Notes under the pieces: model-generated | Seen by the model: only the letters and a program-made list of their open reading frames with translations | Told to the model about the DNA's origin: nothing | Database searches by the model: none | Source of the DNA: Deltaproteobacteria bacterium RIFCSPLOWO2_12_FULL_60_19 | GTDB taxonomy: Bacteria; Desulfobacterota; Binatia; UBA9968 | Assembly (NCBI GenBank): GCA_001798595.1 | Contig: MGSS01000144.1 | Coordinates: 14,032-78,031 of the forward strand | Reading direction: 5' to 3' | DNA length: 64,000 nucleotides | Translations under genes and position numbers: made by a program | In this document: piece after piece, positions 18,122 to 27,741 of the stretch | Position numbering within the stretch: position 1 is the first letter of the stretch | Layout of the letters: every line of letters starts with the position of its first letter

Positions 18122-19345
18122 ATGAAAATCGACATCTGGAGATTTCTCGGCGCCGGCCGGTTTCCCGAAGAGTCCAAGAGGAAGCTCGGCGTCGTCGCTC
18201 TGCTCTATTTTATCCAGGGGAGCCCGGCGGCGATTTTGTGGGAGGTTTTGCCGGTCTATCTTCGCCTGCAGGGGATTTCTCTCGCCGCCATCGGCGGCCT
18301 CAGGCTGCTCGAGCTGCCGTATTCCTTGAAGGTTCTGTGGTCGCCGCTGATCCATCGCTACGGCGACCGCCGGGCGTGGGTGTTCGGCTGCATGATCGGC
18401 GTCGCGCTGGTCGTCGGCCTGCTGCCGCTCGCGGACGCCGCGCAGGGCGGCGCAATCCTGGCGGTCCTGGTGCTCGCCCTCACCGCGCTTTCAGCTACGC
18501 AAGATATTGCGATCGACTCCTACACGGTAGGCTTAGTCCGCCGCGACGAAGAGGGACCGGCCAACGGCGTGCGCGCCTCGGCCTATCGCGTCGCTCTGGT
18601 GACGATCGGCGGCGGCCTCGTGCTGCTCGCCACGGTCTTTCCGTGGAGCGCGCTCTTGGTGATGGCGGCTGTGGTGTTCGTACTGCTCGGCCTCGCGGCC
18701 TTTCGCGCGCCCCGGCTCGATCTCCCCGTAGAGGCGCGCGCCGAGTGGCTCGGCGGCTTTCTCAACTGGATCGGCACCTGGAACGCGCTGCCGCTGGTTC
18801 TTTTCGCTTTAACCTACAAGCTCGGAGAGTTCGCGATCGGTCCGATGGTGAAGCCGTTCTGGGTGGATCAGGGACGCTCGGTCTTCGAAATCGGACTTGT
18901 CCCGACGACCGCCGGCATCGTTCTCAGCGTCGCCGGCTCGCTGGCCGGCGGGGTGTTTATTTCCCGCTACGGAACCTTTTGCGGCATCTGGGCGCTGGGA
19001 CTGCTCCAGGCCGTATCGAATATCGGTTACGCCCTGGTCGCGTGGGGCGACCTTGGGCGCATCGGCCTATACGGCGCGTCCGTTTTTGAGTCGTTCACCG
19101 GCGGCCTTGGGACCGCGGCCTTTCTCGCCTTCTTGATGAACGTCTGCGAGAAGGAGCACGCTACCGTGCAATACGCTCTGCTGTCGTCGATCTTTGCGCT
19201 CAGCGGCCGGCTGGTGGGAGGCCTGAGCGGCCTGGGCGCGGAGAGATTCGGCTACGGGAATTATTTCGCGCTGACCTTTCTGGTTTCTCTCCCGGCGTTC
19301 ATTTTGCTGCCGTGGGTGAAAAAGTGGATACACGAAGCTCATTGA
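18122..19345 (+). CDS. MFS transporter, AmpG/muropeptide-permease-like
   Basis: ~408 aa, 12-14 TM. The start is set at MKIDIWRF (18122). Confidence 0.65.
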   Translation: MKIDIWRFLGAGRFPEESKRKLGVVALLYFIQGSPAAILWEVLPVYLRLQGISLAAIGGLRLLELPYSLKVLWSPLIHRYGDRRAWVFGCMIGVALVVGLLPLADAAQGGAILAVLVLALTALSATQDIAIDSYTVGLVRRDEEGPANGVRASAYRVALVTIGGGLVLLATVFPWSALLVMAAVVFVLLGLAAFRAPRLDLPVEARAEWLGGFLNWIGTWNALPLVLFALTYKLGEFAIGPMVKPFWVDQGRSVFEIGLVPTTAGIVLSVAGSLAGGVFISRYGTFCGIWALGLLQAVSNIGYALVAWGDLGRIGLYGASVFESFTGGLGTAAFLAFLMNVCEKEHATVQYALLSSIFALSGRLVGGLSGLGAERFGYGNYFALTFLVSLPAFILLPWVKKWIHEAH

Positions 19346-20279
19346 GCAGGGCCTTCCACGCCGCGCCCTCGTGCCTGGGATCGACGAGCGGGCGCAACCG
19401 GGCGCAGTGGGACTTGAGCGTGCGATAAAAGCCGGGATCGGATTCGGCTTTTCGGAGCAGACGCGCCAGCTCACGCGCGTTCCCAACAGAAAAATAGCCG
19501 GGGTAGTCCTCGCCAAGCGTTCCCATCAGGCCGGGTATTCTCGACGCGACCACAGGCACGGACGACGCCAGCGCTTCGCACAGCACGTTGGAGCTGCCTT
19601 CCATGTGCGAGGTGAGCGCCAGCAGGTGGCTTTGAGCCAGCGCCCGTCGCGCTTTCCAATGGGGCAGCTCGCCGATCCAGCGATAGCGCGGATTGCGCGC
19701 CGCCTCCGCCCGCGCGCGTTTTTCCATTTCATTGCTGAGCGCGCGCCCTATATGGATGACTTGGACGCGGGACGAGGCGGGAAGACGACGCGCGGCCAAA
19801 GCCGTGCGGAGAGGATCTTTTTCCAGACGCATGTGGCCAATGACGCAGACTCTGAATCCGTTGCGGCTCGAAGGCGCTTTGCCGGTCAGCAGGGGCGCAG
19901 ATTGGTAAATGACTCGTGTCTTGGGGCGAAAACGTTTCGGCAACTCGGTGACACCTTGTGCCTGGAGCACGATCAGGCGGGTTGCCCACTCCAGAGACTT
20001 TCGCGCATTCGGATTTTTTCGGATATCGCGGTAGAGGTCGGTGCCGGTCAGCGTGACGATGAGCGGCAACGCCGGATGCAATCGGCGGAACAATTTGATG
20101 GATAGGAAGCTGCGCCGCGCGTGCAGCGCGATCATGAGATCGCACGGCTCGCCGCCATAGCGTTCTTCGAGGATCACGCGGTGGCCGAGAGCCGCGAGGA
20201 TGCGCCGCCAGCGCAGCGCGGTGATGCTGTTGCCGTTGCGGGCGGTGACGGGATAGGGCGTGATAAGCCGGATCTTCAT
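19299..20279 (-). CDS. GT-B fold glycosyltransferase, SenB-like candidate selenosugar synthase
   Basis: 326 aa. It is translationally coupled (4-bp overlap) to the upstream EgtB-like gene. The glycosyltransferase C-terminal motif region reads EGSSNVLCEALASSVPVVASRIPG. Confidence 0.55.
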   Translation of the reverse strand: MKIRLITPYPVTARNGNSITALRWRRILAALGHRVILEERYGGEPCDLMIALHARRSFLSIKLFRRLHPALPLIVTLTGTDLYRDIRKNPNARKSLEWATRLIVLQAQGVTELPKRFRPKTRVIYQSAPLLTGKAPSSRNGFRVCVIGHMRLEKDPLRTALAARRLPASSRVQVIHIGRALSNEMEKRARAEAARNPRYRWIGELPHWKARRALAQSHLLALTSHMEGSSNVLCEALASSVPVVASRIPGLMGTLGEDYPGYFSVGNARELARLLRKAESDPGFYRTLKSHCARLRPLVDPRHEGAAWKALLNELRVSTFSPTAAK

Positions 20280-21667
20280 CGTGCGCAGGTGCGGAAGCCG
20301 GCCCAGACGTCGTTCCGGTCAGGCGTGTAAAAGTTGCGCCAGGTGTTGCGGATGAGACGCGCGCGCGTCGCCCAGCAGCCGCCTCGAAGAACTTTGTGCG
20401 TGCCGAACCAGGGCTCGGAATATTCTTTGTAAGGATCGGCGACGAATCCCGGATAAGGGCCGAAGTCCGTCGCCGTCCACTCCCAAACATTGCCGATCAT
20501 TTGACGGCAGCCCGAGGCGCTGTCGCCATCGGCGAGCGCGGCGACTTCAACCGATCCCAAGGCGCGACCGTCGAGATTTGCCCGCTCAGGCGAGGGCGCT
20601 TCGTCTCCCCAGGGAAAGAGCCGCTTTCGGCCGGTAGCGGGTTCCGCAGCCGCGGCCGTTTCCCATTCCGCCTCGGTGGGCAAGCGCCGCTTCGCCCATT
20701 TGCAGTACGCGTCCGCTTCGTACCAATTGACATGGATGACGGGAATATGTTCCCGCAGTGGAACATAGCCGTCGAAAACGCGCTGCGTCCAGCGGCCGCC
20801 GTCTCGCCGCCAGTAAACCGGACGCTCCGCTTTTGCCGCCCGCGCAACGGGCGCGGACGCTTGCGGTTTGCCGAAAAACTTGGAGAAAGATTGCTCAAGC
20901 GCGGGAGAGCCGCCGGATTCAAGCCAGCGCCGGCCGTCGTCGCTCCAGAATTCTCGCCGCCGGTAGCCGCCGTCGTCAACAAAAGCGGCAAACTCTCTAT
21001 TCGTCACCGGCGCGCGCGCGATCCGAAACGGCTTCAGCTCGACCGGATGCGCCCATTTTTCGTTGTCGAAGACAAAAGGAAAATCGCGCGTCGCCCCGAG
21101 CATAAACGAGCCGCCGGGAATCTCGACGTCGCCGGGCAGGGGACCGCCGCCGGTCTGAAATTGTTCCTGGGCCACGGCGGGTTTCGGTGGAGGATATCCC
21201 AGGGTCTGTCTGGTGTAAGTGATCGCCTCGGCATGCATATCCTCATGAAAGACGACCAGAAGAGGAAAGTAGAGTTCCTGCGCGCCGGGCTGCCGTGAAT
21301 ACAAACACTCCGCGACGCAATCTAAAACCGTAGCCATGTATTCGAACGTCTTCTCCCGCGACGGCAGCAGGAGGTCCCAGCGTGTGTCATGGGCGACGTC
21401 GGTCGAGTTATAGAGCGCGTCCGCGCCTTCGACGAGCGGCTTCTGCTTGTAGAGCCGGCGCAAGAGCCAGAACTCCTGCGTCCATGCGACGTGGCCGATC
21501 TCCCAGAGCGGCGGGTTGACGATGGCAAGCCGCGGCCCGATCATCTGCTCGTCGCTCAGGTCGGCGACCAGCTCCAGCGTGCGGCCGCGCGCTTCGCGCA
21601 GCATCTCGATAAGCTGGGAGGCGGAAGGCCCCAAGTTGTCCTGCGAATGTCGGCTCGCCCGCGCCAT
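20276..21667 (-). CDS. EgtB-family sulfoxide/selenoxide synthase (DinB_2 + FGE-sulfatase domains); SenA-like candidate
   Basis: 463 aa. The N-terminal DinB-like metal-binding domain contains NPPLWEIGHVAWTQEFW. The C-terminal FGE-like domain contains GNVWEWTATDF...VLRGGCWAT. Confidence 0.7.
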   Translation of the reverse strand: MARASRHSQDNLGPSASQLIEMLREARGRTLELVADLSDEQMIGPRLAIVNPPLWEIGHVAWTQEFWLLRRLYKQKPLVEGADALYNSTDVAHDTRWDLLLPSREKTFEYMATVLDCVAECLYSRQPGAQELYFPLLVVFHEDMHAEAITYTRQTLGYPPPKPAVAQEQFQTGGGPLPGDVEIPGGSFMLGATRDFPFVFDNEKWAHPVELKPFRIARAPVTNREFAAFVDDGGYRRREFWSDDGRRWLESGGSPALEQSFSKFFGKPQASAPVARAAKAERPVYWRRDGGRWTQRVFDGYVPLREHIPVIHVNWYEADAYCKWAKRRLPTEAEWETAAAAEPATGRKRLFPWGDEAPSPERANLDGRALGSVEVAALADGDSASGCRQMIGNVWEWTATDFGPYPGFVADPYKEYSEPWFGTHKVLRGGCWATRARLIRNTWRNFYTPDRNDVWAGFRTCAR

Positions 21668-21920
21668 AGGATCAATTCTTACGCTGCTTAGGTTCGAGGA
21701 TCAAGAAGGGAGCGATTCTGTTTTTCTGGAAAAGCTAGGTTCGTCACTCCCGCAAAAGCGGAAGGCCAGGTCGTAAGACTCTGGATTCCCGTTTCAGCCT
21801 CAGGCTGATCCGTCCGAAGCCCAGTGGCGGATCCACGGGAATGACAGTTAAAGTGCAAACTTCGCGACCGCGTCCAATGAACAAGTCTCGAACGGTATAT
21901 CGGAGAAGGGAAAGGGCTGC

Positions 21921-22739
21921 TCAAGCCGCCAAAAATTCCGCGGTGAGTCGCTCAAACTCCAACGCCGCGTCCCACTGAGCGAGATGTTTGCAGCGGTCGA
22001 GCAGATGCAGGTTGAGAGTGGGGAATCGCTCCTTGAGAAGGGCGGCCCGCGCGGCTGCTGAGCCTCGGTCCTGTTTGCCGTAGAGCATAAGCAGCGGCAC
22101 CGGCAGCTGGTGCAGCCGCTCCCAGATCGGGACATTGTCTTTTCTGCCGCCGCTCCTCGGGGCCTTGGCCCGCTCTAAGAAAGCTTGAAAATTTTTGCCT
22201 ACGCTCATCCGGTGGCGTTTTTCGAAAACTTCGGCGGTGATCAGCGAGTGATTGAAGAGATTCTGCTCCAATAGCGCGCGGGTCTCCGCCGGAGTCGGCT
22301 CCGAGGCGCCTCCCTCTTCGCCCTCGCCGGGGCCGCCCTTGCCGCCTTCGGGCAGCGGCGGCAGCACGCTGCCGGTGGCGAGGACGACGACTTTGCCGAT
22401 CCGATCGGTGTGATCGAAGGCGAGGCCTACCGCCATGCCGCCGGCTTGCGAGTGGCCGACGAGATGCGCTTTGCGGATTCCTAGCGTATCCATAAACTGG
22501 AGGATGAAACGGCGCCGGTAAGCCACGGAATAGTCCTTCGGGTTGTCGGTCAGGCCGAATCCGGGCTGGTCGAAGGCGACGGCTCTGAGACGGTGGCTCG
22601 CAAGCGGGGCGAGATTGCGCTCCCAGACATCGGCGGAGGAGCCGAGCGACGCGCCGTGAAGCAGCAAGACTTCGGGGCCGCTTCCTTCTTCGAGGTAGCG
22701 TGTTTTCAACCCATCGACTTTAATAAGTCTCTCAGCCAT
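21921..22739 (-). CDS. Alpha/beta-hydrolase fold protein
   Basis: The GHSQAG nucleophile elbow and HGASLGSS oxyanion region are present. Confidence 0.75.
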   Translation of the reverse strand: MAERLIKVDGLKTRYLEEGSGPEVLLLHGASLGSSADVWERNLAPLASHRLRAVAFDQPGFGLTDNPKDYSVAYRRRFILQFMDTLGIRKAHLVGHSQAGGMAVGLAFDHTDRIGKVVVLATGSVLPPLPEGGKGGPGEGEEGGASEPTPAETRALLEQNLFNHSLITAEVFEKRHRMSVGKNFQAFLERAKAPRSGGRKDNVPIWERLHQLPVPLLMLYGKQDRGSAAARAALLKERFPTLNLHLLDRCKHLAQWDAALEFERLTAEFLAA

Positions 22740-22764
22740 AAGATCGCTTCGCGTATATTTCGGG

Positions 22765-23571
22765 TTACGCGTCCGAGACGTCGATCAAGACTCCGTCAGG
22801 ATCGGCGAGATGATATTTGCCGAAGGGACAACTGGCCTGGAACAGCTTCAGCCTGGCTGCCCCTTCGGGTCCGCCGCCCACCGGGCTGGGCGACAACCTT
22901 GGATTTCGTCCGATCAAGTTCTCCAGGTCCTTCTTGAACCCCTCTACGCTCTCGACCTTGAAACCGATATGTTCCGGCGCGGGCCGCTCGATCCCAGATC
23001 CCTGATAATCGTTGATGTTCCAGGGCATGACGATGAGGGTCACCCGGCCGTCGGACAAATAAGAATTAGGGTCCCCCGCGGGTTTTTCCTGAGGCCGCAG
23101 CTCGAACACGTCAACGTAAAATTGCGCCAGCGTCTCCGGCATGACCGTTCTCAGTCCGAAATGATGGATGGTGCGGTCCTGCTTCCAATCCCCGTCTTCG
23201 TAGACGTCTCGCCTGTTTTCCATTCCCTTCTGTGAAAGATCGAAGACGTTTCCCGCCGGATCGTGCGTGCTCAAGCCGGCAAACGGTCTGTTGCCGGGGC
23301 GCTTGAGCACGTTGACCGCCGGGTACCTGGCTTTCATTCGCCCCAATACCGTCTCGACATCGTCCACCTCGAAGCCGAAATGGTCGAAGCCCGCCTGCCG
23401 CCCGGCCCGGCGCGGGTTAATGTTCATGCCGACGTATCCGTCGCCGACCACGACGGCGCTTTCGGGTTTCGCGTTCGGCGAAGTTCTCAAGCGAAATAAA
23501 GCTTCATAGAAGCGCCCCATGAGCGCATAATTTTCGCTGGCAATCGCCATGTGCTTGATCTGTGCAAACAT
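22765..23571 (-). CDS. VOC-family (glyoxalase/bleomycin-resistance/extradiol-dioxygenase-like) two-domain protein
   Basis: Two beta-alpha-beta-beta-beta modules (HFGFEVDD..., HIGFKVESVE...). Confidence 0.7.
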   Translation of the reverse strand: MFAQIKHMAIASENYALMGRFYEALFRLRTSPNAKPESAVVVGDGYVGMNINPRRAGRQAGFDHFGFEVDDVETVLGRMKARYPAVNVLKRPGNRPFAGLSTHDPAGNVFDLSQKGMENRRDVYEDGDWKQDRTIHHFGLRTVMPETLAQFYVDVFELRPQEKPAGDPNSYLSDGRVTLIVMPWNINDYQGSGIERPAPEHIGFKVESVEGFKKDLENLIGRNPRLSPSPVGGGPEGAARLKLFQASCPFGKYHLADPDGVLIDVSDA

Positions 23572-23617
23572 AAGTATCTCCTCGCTTTGCCGGGTTGGTA
23601 TAGGGTTGGATTCTCCC

Positions 23618-24766
23618 TCAGACGCTTCCTTTCGTCAAGCTCTTTTCTAGCAGGTCCATCCAGGGCCGCAATTCTTTAGCCCAGGGCTCGTGCTGGCGCT
23701 GCGCCGCGTAGCAGAAGGCGGCGGCGAAGGGAAAGCGCTGCGCGCGGCTGACGCGCAAGCCGCAGGTCTTATCCTTCCGCCGGTTGATACCCTCGCAGAA
23801 TTCACGAATCGCCCGCCAGTAGGGAAGAGGAGTTTCCCCGAAGCGCTCCCGGATGATCCGCTCCCAGCTCTGTTCGGGATCGTAAGCCGCGGGGTGCGCC
23901 GCGTAGTCGAAGCAGGTGGCGAGCGGAAGGAAGCTCAACGATTCCTGCAGCAGCGGGTTATTGAGGTAGCCATAGACGGCCTCCGGCAGGCGCGCGTCGC
24001 GCCCGGTGAGCGGGCTCAAGTGTATCTCTTCTTTCATGGAAAGGTCGTTGACCGGATAGTTGTCCCACAGGATGAGACGGCGCTTCAGCCGTTCGGCGAT
24101 CTTGCGAGCGTGGGACAGGCTGATCTCTTTCGCCACCACGCGCGCGCCGGTCCAGAAACAGGCGACGGAGGCTGGAAGGTATTCCGCCAGAGTTTCGAGG
24201 AAGGCGGGTTCGAACCTGCCGAACATACGGGCGAGAAGCGGATCGTCCGTGTAGTAGGAGGGACAGATCCACCATTCCACGTCGCGCCAGGCGGAGGGCT
24301 GCCGGTCGATGACGCTTGTCAGCCATGTGCCCTCAGCTTGCGCCAGGCTGTCCTTAAATAGTGTTCGGTCGCGCGCCAGTTGCAGGCGTGATGGAATATC
24401 GTCGAAGAGAATCGCGAAAGTCCGCACCCCGGCGTCGTAGAAGCGCCGCGCCTTTTCGAGCAGAATGCGGACCGGTTGATCGTCGCTGAAGGTAAGTCCT
24501 TTCCCAGGATGGAAGCCGTAAACAAAGTCGATCTTGCAGGCCTCTGCCGCGCAAATCAGACCAACAAGCTCGTTCCATTGATCCTTGGGGTAGGGGAGCC
24601 GCCATTTTTCCCGGTGGTAGGGGTCGTCTTTGGGCGCGTACAAGTAAGTGTTCATGCCGCGCGCCGCGCCGAATTCGAAGACGGCCTTGCGGTGAGCCAT
24701 GCTCCAGGGCGGGCCGAAGAATCCTTCGACGATGCCCCGGCGTTCAAAGGTGAGATTGGGATTCAC
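23618..24766 (-). CDS. GH84-family beta-N-acetylglucosaminidase (O-GlcNAcase-like), cytoplasmic
   Basis: GIVEGFFGPPWS N-terminal signature, FAILFDDIP catalytic Asp-Asp, and WDNYPVND motif. No signal peptide. Confidence 0.7.
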   Translation of the reverse strand: MNPNLTFERRGIVEGFFGPPWSMAHRKAVFEFGAARGMNTYLYAPKDDPYHREKWRLPYPKDQWNELVGLICAAEACKIDFVYGFHPGKGLTFSDDQPVRILLEKARRFYDAGVRTFAILFDDIPSRLQLARDRTLFKDSLAQAEGTWLTSVIDRQPSAWRDVEWWICPSYYTDDPLLARMFGRFEPAFLETLAEYLPASVACFWTGARVVAKEISLSHARKIAERLKRRLILWDNYPVNDLSMKEEIHLSPLTGRDARLPEAVYGYLNNPLLQESLSFLPLATCFDYAAHPAAYDPEQSWERIIRERFGETPLPYWRAIREFCEGINRRKDKTCGLRVSRAQRFPFAAAFCYAAQRQHEPWAKELRPWMDLLEKSLTKGSV

Positions 24767-24916
24767 GTTGATTCAACCTCTGCGTAGCACGGCGTCGGGA
24801 AGCGCACAAGCGGAAATGCGGGCGGGAGCCGCCTCCGCACGAGCGATTCGGTTGCGAAGCTGTGCGGCATTGCGTAATATCCGAAGAATTACCGACGATT
24901 TCACGAATCAAGCACG

Positions 24917-25540
24917 ATGCTGCTATTTCTCAAAGGCTTTGCTATCGGGCTCATGGTGGCCGTGCCGGTCGGACCGATCGGCTTGTTATGCGTCAACCGC
25001 GCGCTGTTCAAAGGAGCGGCCTACGGCTTGCTCTCCGGCCTGGGTGTCGCCACGGCCGACGCCATCGCCGCCGGCATCGCGGTTTTGGGCTTGACGCTGG
25101 TTTCGGGTTTTCTGCTCGAGCAGCAACTATGGCTTCGTCTGATCGGCGGCTTTTTCTTGTGCTATCTTGGGGTCAAAATCTTCAGCACGACGCCGATGGA
25201 GCGGGCCGCGTCGGCTAAGGATAACAGTTTGGTCGGCGCCTATGTCTCGACGTTCCTTCTCACCTTCAGCAATCCGCTGACCATTCTGTCCTTCGTGGCA
25301 ATCTACGCCGGTTGGGGGGTCGAAGAACTCAGCGGGCGCTATTTCGCGGCGCTGGAACTGACCGCCGGGGTGTTCGCCGGCTCTTCGGCGTGGTGGTTCG
25401 GTCTTTGCGGCGGGATGCCGGCGTTCCGGCTGATGTTCAGCCATCAGGGGCTTGAATGGATCCACAAAGTGTCGGGGGCGCTCATCGCCGGCTTTGGGTT
25501 CGTCGTTCTGCTCAGCCTGCTGCAGCGGGGCGGAGGATAG
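24917..25540 (+). CDS. LysE/RhtB-family amino-acid exporter
   Basis: 207 aa, 6 TM, with the family-typical N-terminus (GFAIGLMVAVPVGPIG). Confidence 0.8.
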   Translation: MLLFLKGFAIGLMVAVPVGPIGLLCVNRALFKGAAYGLLSGLGVATADAIAAGIAVLGLTLVSGFLLEQQLWLRLIGGFFLCYLGVKIFSTTPMERAASAKDNSLVGAYVSTFLLTFSNPLTILSFVAIYAGWGVEELSGRYFAALELTAGVFAGSSAWWFGLCGGMPAFRLMFSHQGLEWIHKVSGALIAGFGFVVLLSLLQRGGG

Positions 25541-25549
25541 GAGAGGGCG

Positions 25550-26527
25550 GTGAGTGTGAATGCCCTGGCATCAGAGCGACCCGGCAGTTTGGCCACTGCA
25601 ATTCCGACAACGCTCAATCTTTGCCTCGCGGCGGCACACCTGCTGGCCAGTCTCTATCAGTTGTTTATTCTGCCTCTTTTTCTCTTGCCCGCGAGCTCGT
25701 GGTGGCTCTTGACGCTGGTGCCGCTGGCCGCGCTTAACAATCCTTTCTGGAGCCTGATCCACGAGGCGATTCACGACATGTTCCATCCCTCTCGCCGCGT
25801 GAGCCGGACAGCGGGCCGGACGCTGGGAATCTTCTTCGGCGCGCCGTTTCTGGTATTGCGCTTGAGCCATCTGCTCCACCACAAGCTCAACCGCACGCCG
25901 GTGGAAGCGACCGAGCCGTACGACCCGGCGAAAACATCCAAGGCGCGCGCGGCTTGCGGATACTTCTTCCAGGTTCTAGGCGGGCTGTATCTATTGGAGT
26001 TTATCAGCCCGTGGCTCTTCTTCTTGTTCCGCCGCACGCTTCACGCAATGGAGCGCAAGCGTTTTTCCGGCAACGACCTACCGGGCCACTTGATGAGAGG
26101 ATTGATGCGCGACGAAGCGATCACGGAGATGCGAATCGACGGCGCGCTGATTCTCGTTCTGTTCGCGCTCAGCGCGCTCAGCTACGGCGCCTACTGGCCG
26201 TGGCTGGTCGCCGCGCTCCTCGCGCGCGCTTTTCTCATTTCTTTTCTCGACAACGTCTATCACTACGGAACGCCGATCAACGACATTTTTTACGCCCGAA
26301 ATCTCTTTCTGTCGCCGCCGCTTTCCGCAGGGCTGCTCTATTTCAACCTGCACGGCATCCATCACAAAAATCCCTCCATCCCCTGGATCGGGCTTCCCGA
26401 CGCATTTCGCAAACAGGAGGCGGTGTTCGAGGGGACCTATTTTACCGCCGCGCTCGACCAGTTGGCCGGGCCGATTCCGTTATCCGAGCTTCCCGGCGCC
26501 GCGGCAGCCAGTGGCGGCCCAGCTTAA
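25550..26527 (+). CDS. Membrane fatty-acid desaturase family protein
   Basis: Three His boxes: HEAIHD, HLLHHK, HGIHH. Confidence 0.8.
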   Translation: MSVNALASERPGSLATAIPTTLNLCLAAAHLLASLYQLFILPLFLLPASSWWLLTLVPLAALNNPFWSLIHEAIHDMFHPSRRVSRTAGRTLGIFFGAPFLVLRLSHLLHHKLNRTPVEATEPYDPAKTSKARAACGYFFQVLGGLYLLEFISPWLFFLFRRTLHAMERKRFSGNDLPGHLMRGLMRDEAITEMRIDGALILVLFALSALSYGAYWPWLVAALLARAFLISFLDNVYHYGTPINDIFYARNLFLSPPLSAGLLYFNLHGIHHKNPSIPWIGLPDAFRKQEAVFEGTYFTAALDQLAGPIPLSELPGAAAASGGPA

Positions 26528-26587
26528 CGGATACAAGGCGAGCCGGGGCGAAGAAGGCGAGCCTCTGAGGCGGACGTTTTAGTTCGC

Positions 26588-27712
26588 CTACGGCTTCTTC
26601 AGCACCTCGTCGATCACTTTAAACGCCCCTTGGAGTTCTCTGAACTCAGGACGATAAACGGACATGAATCTGTCGCCCGGCTTGGGCTTGTAAGGCTCGA
26701 CTGTAGGATCCGGAGGGACATCGTCCCTTAAGCTGAACACGGGATCGATGCGCAAAAAATGCTTCTGGAAATGAGTCTGGCCTTCGCGGGAAAGAAGCCA
26801 GTTGACGAGTACCTTCGTCGCGCGGGGATGGGGGAGCTGGCTCAGGATGCTGAGCGACCCCTGAGTGGCGCGCATATAGAGCCCTTCCTTGAACGCCCGC
26901 GGCTCGAAGCGGGCCAAAGGCAGCCCTTGGGTCATGCCTGCCTGAACGTCGCTGGCGGACGGCGCCAGGGCGATGGCGAACCTGCCTGCGGCGAGCCAGT
27001 CGACAATCTGGCGGCCGTCTCGTGACAGCGTGATGTCCATCTCCCCGAAGAGCCGTCTCAAGAACTTGCCGCCCAGCTCCGGATGGTAGTACGCAAACTG
27101 AAGCAGTCCGCTGGGAAACCCCGCCAGCTTGGGATCCATCGAAACGATTTTCCCTTTCCACGCGGGCTTAAGCAGATCCCAATAGGAGCTGAACTCCTTC
27201 GCGTTCACGAGCGTAGTGTTGTAAGCCATATCCGAGCGGACCACTCCCTCAAAGACGAAGATGTACTTGCCCTCAGGATCGGCGTAGTGATGTTGCTTCC
27301 CGAACCAGTTTGCCTGGTCTTTAACCTCCGGCAAGCTCATGAAAGCCTGAGTCGGCTCCAGAATCTTGGCCGGGTAGAGAACGTCCATGGGAGTTCCCGA
27401 TGAGCCGAGATATATGTCGGCGAGGTGTTTGCCGGCTCTCCTTTCCGCCATGATCCTCGAGATCAGCTCGCCTCCTCGTCCTGTCACCGACACGACCTTG
27501 ATCGCGGGGTAACGCTTGGAGAACTCGGCGAAGAGCTTATCGAACGGGCCCCGGGTGTGGTAGATGGTGACCTGCCCTTCTCTTTTGGCCGCCTCGACAG
27601 TCTCCTCCCATTCCGCTTGCCATGCCTGGCTGGCCTCGCCGGCATGCGCAAAGGTCAGCCAGGCGAAAAAAAACAATCCGCAAATCAACGCTACGCAGCC
27701 TGGAGATCTCAT
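26588..27712 (-). CDS. Orphan periplasmic solute-binding protein (family 1, Fe3+/AfuA-like)
   Basis: The start is set at MRSPGCVALICGLFFFAWLTFAHA (signal peptide). It is a paralogue of the gene at 29213-30259, sharing a QRAGK(H/Y)LAD(I/V) motif. Confidence 0.7.
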   Translation of the reverse strand: MRSPGCVALICGLFFFAWLTFAHAGEASQAWQAEWEETVEAAKREGQVTIYHTRGPFDKLFAEFSKRYPAIKVVSVTGRGGELISRIMAERRAGKHLADIYLGSSGTPMDVLYPAKILEPTQAFMSLPEVKDQANWFGKQHHYADPEGKYIFVFEGVVRSDMAYNTTLVNAKEFSSYWDLLKPAWKGKIVSMDPKLAGFPSGLLQFAYYHPELGGKFLRRLFGEMDITLSRDGRQIVDWLAAGRFAIALAPSASDVQAGMTQGLPLARFEPRAFKEGLYMRATQGSLSILSQLPHPRATKVLVNWLLSREGQTHFQKHFLRIDPVFSLRDDVPPDPTVEPYKPKPGDRFMSVYRPEFRELQGAFKVIDEVLKKP

Positions 27713-27741
27713 GAGCGCTTCCTCTCTTTCTTTACCTAACA

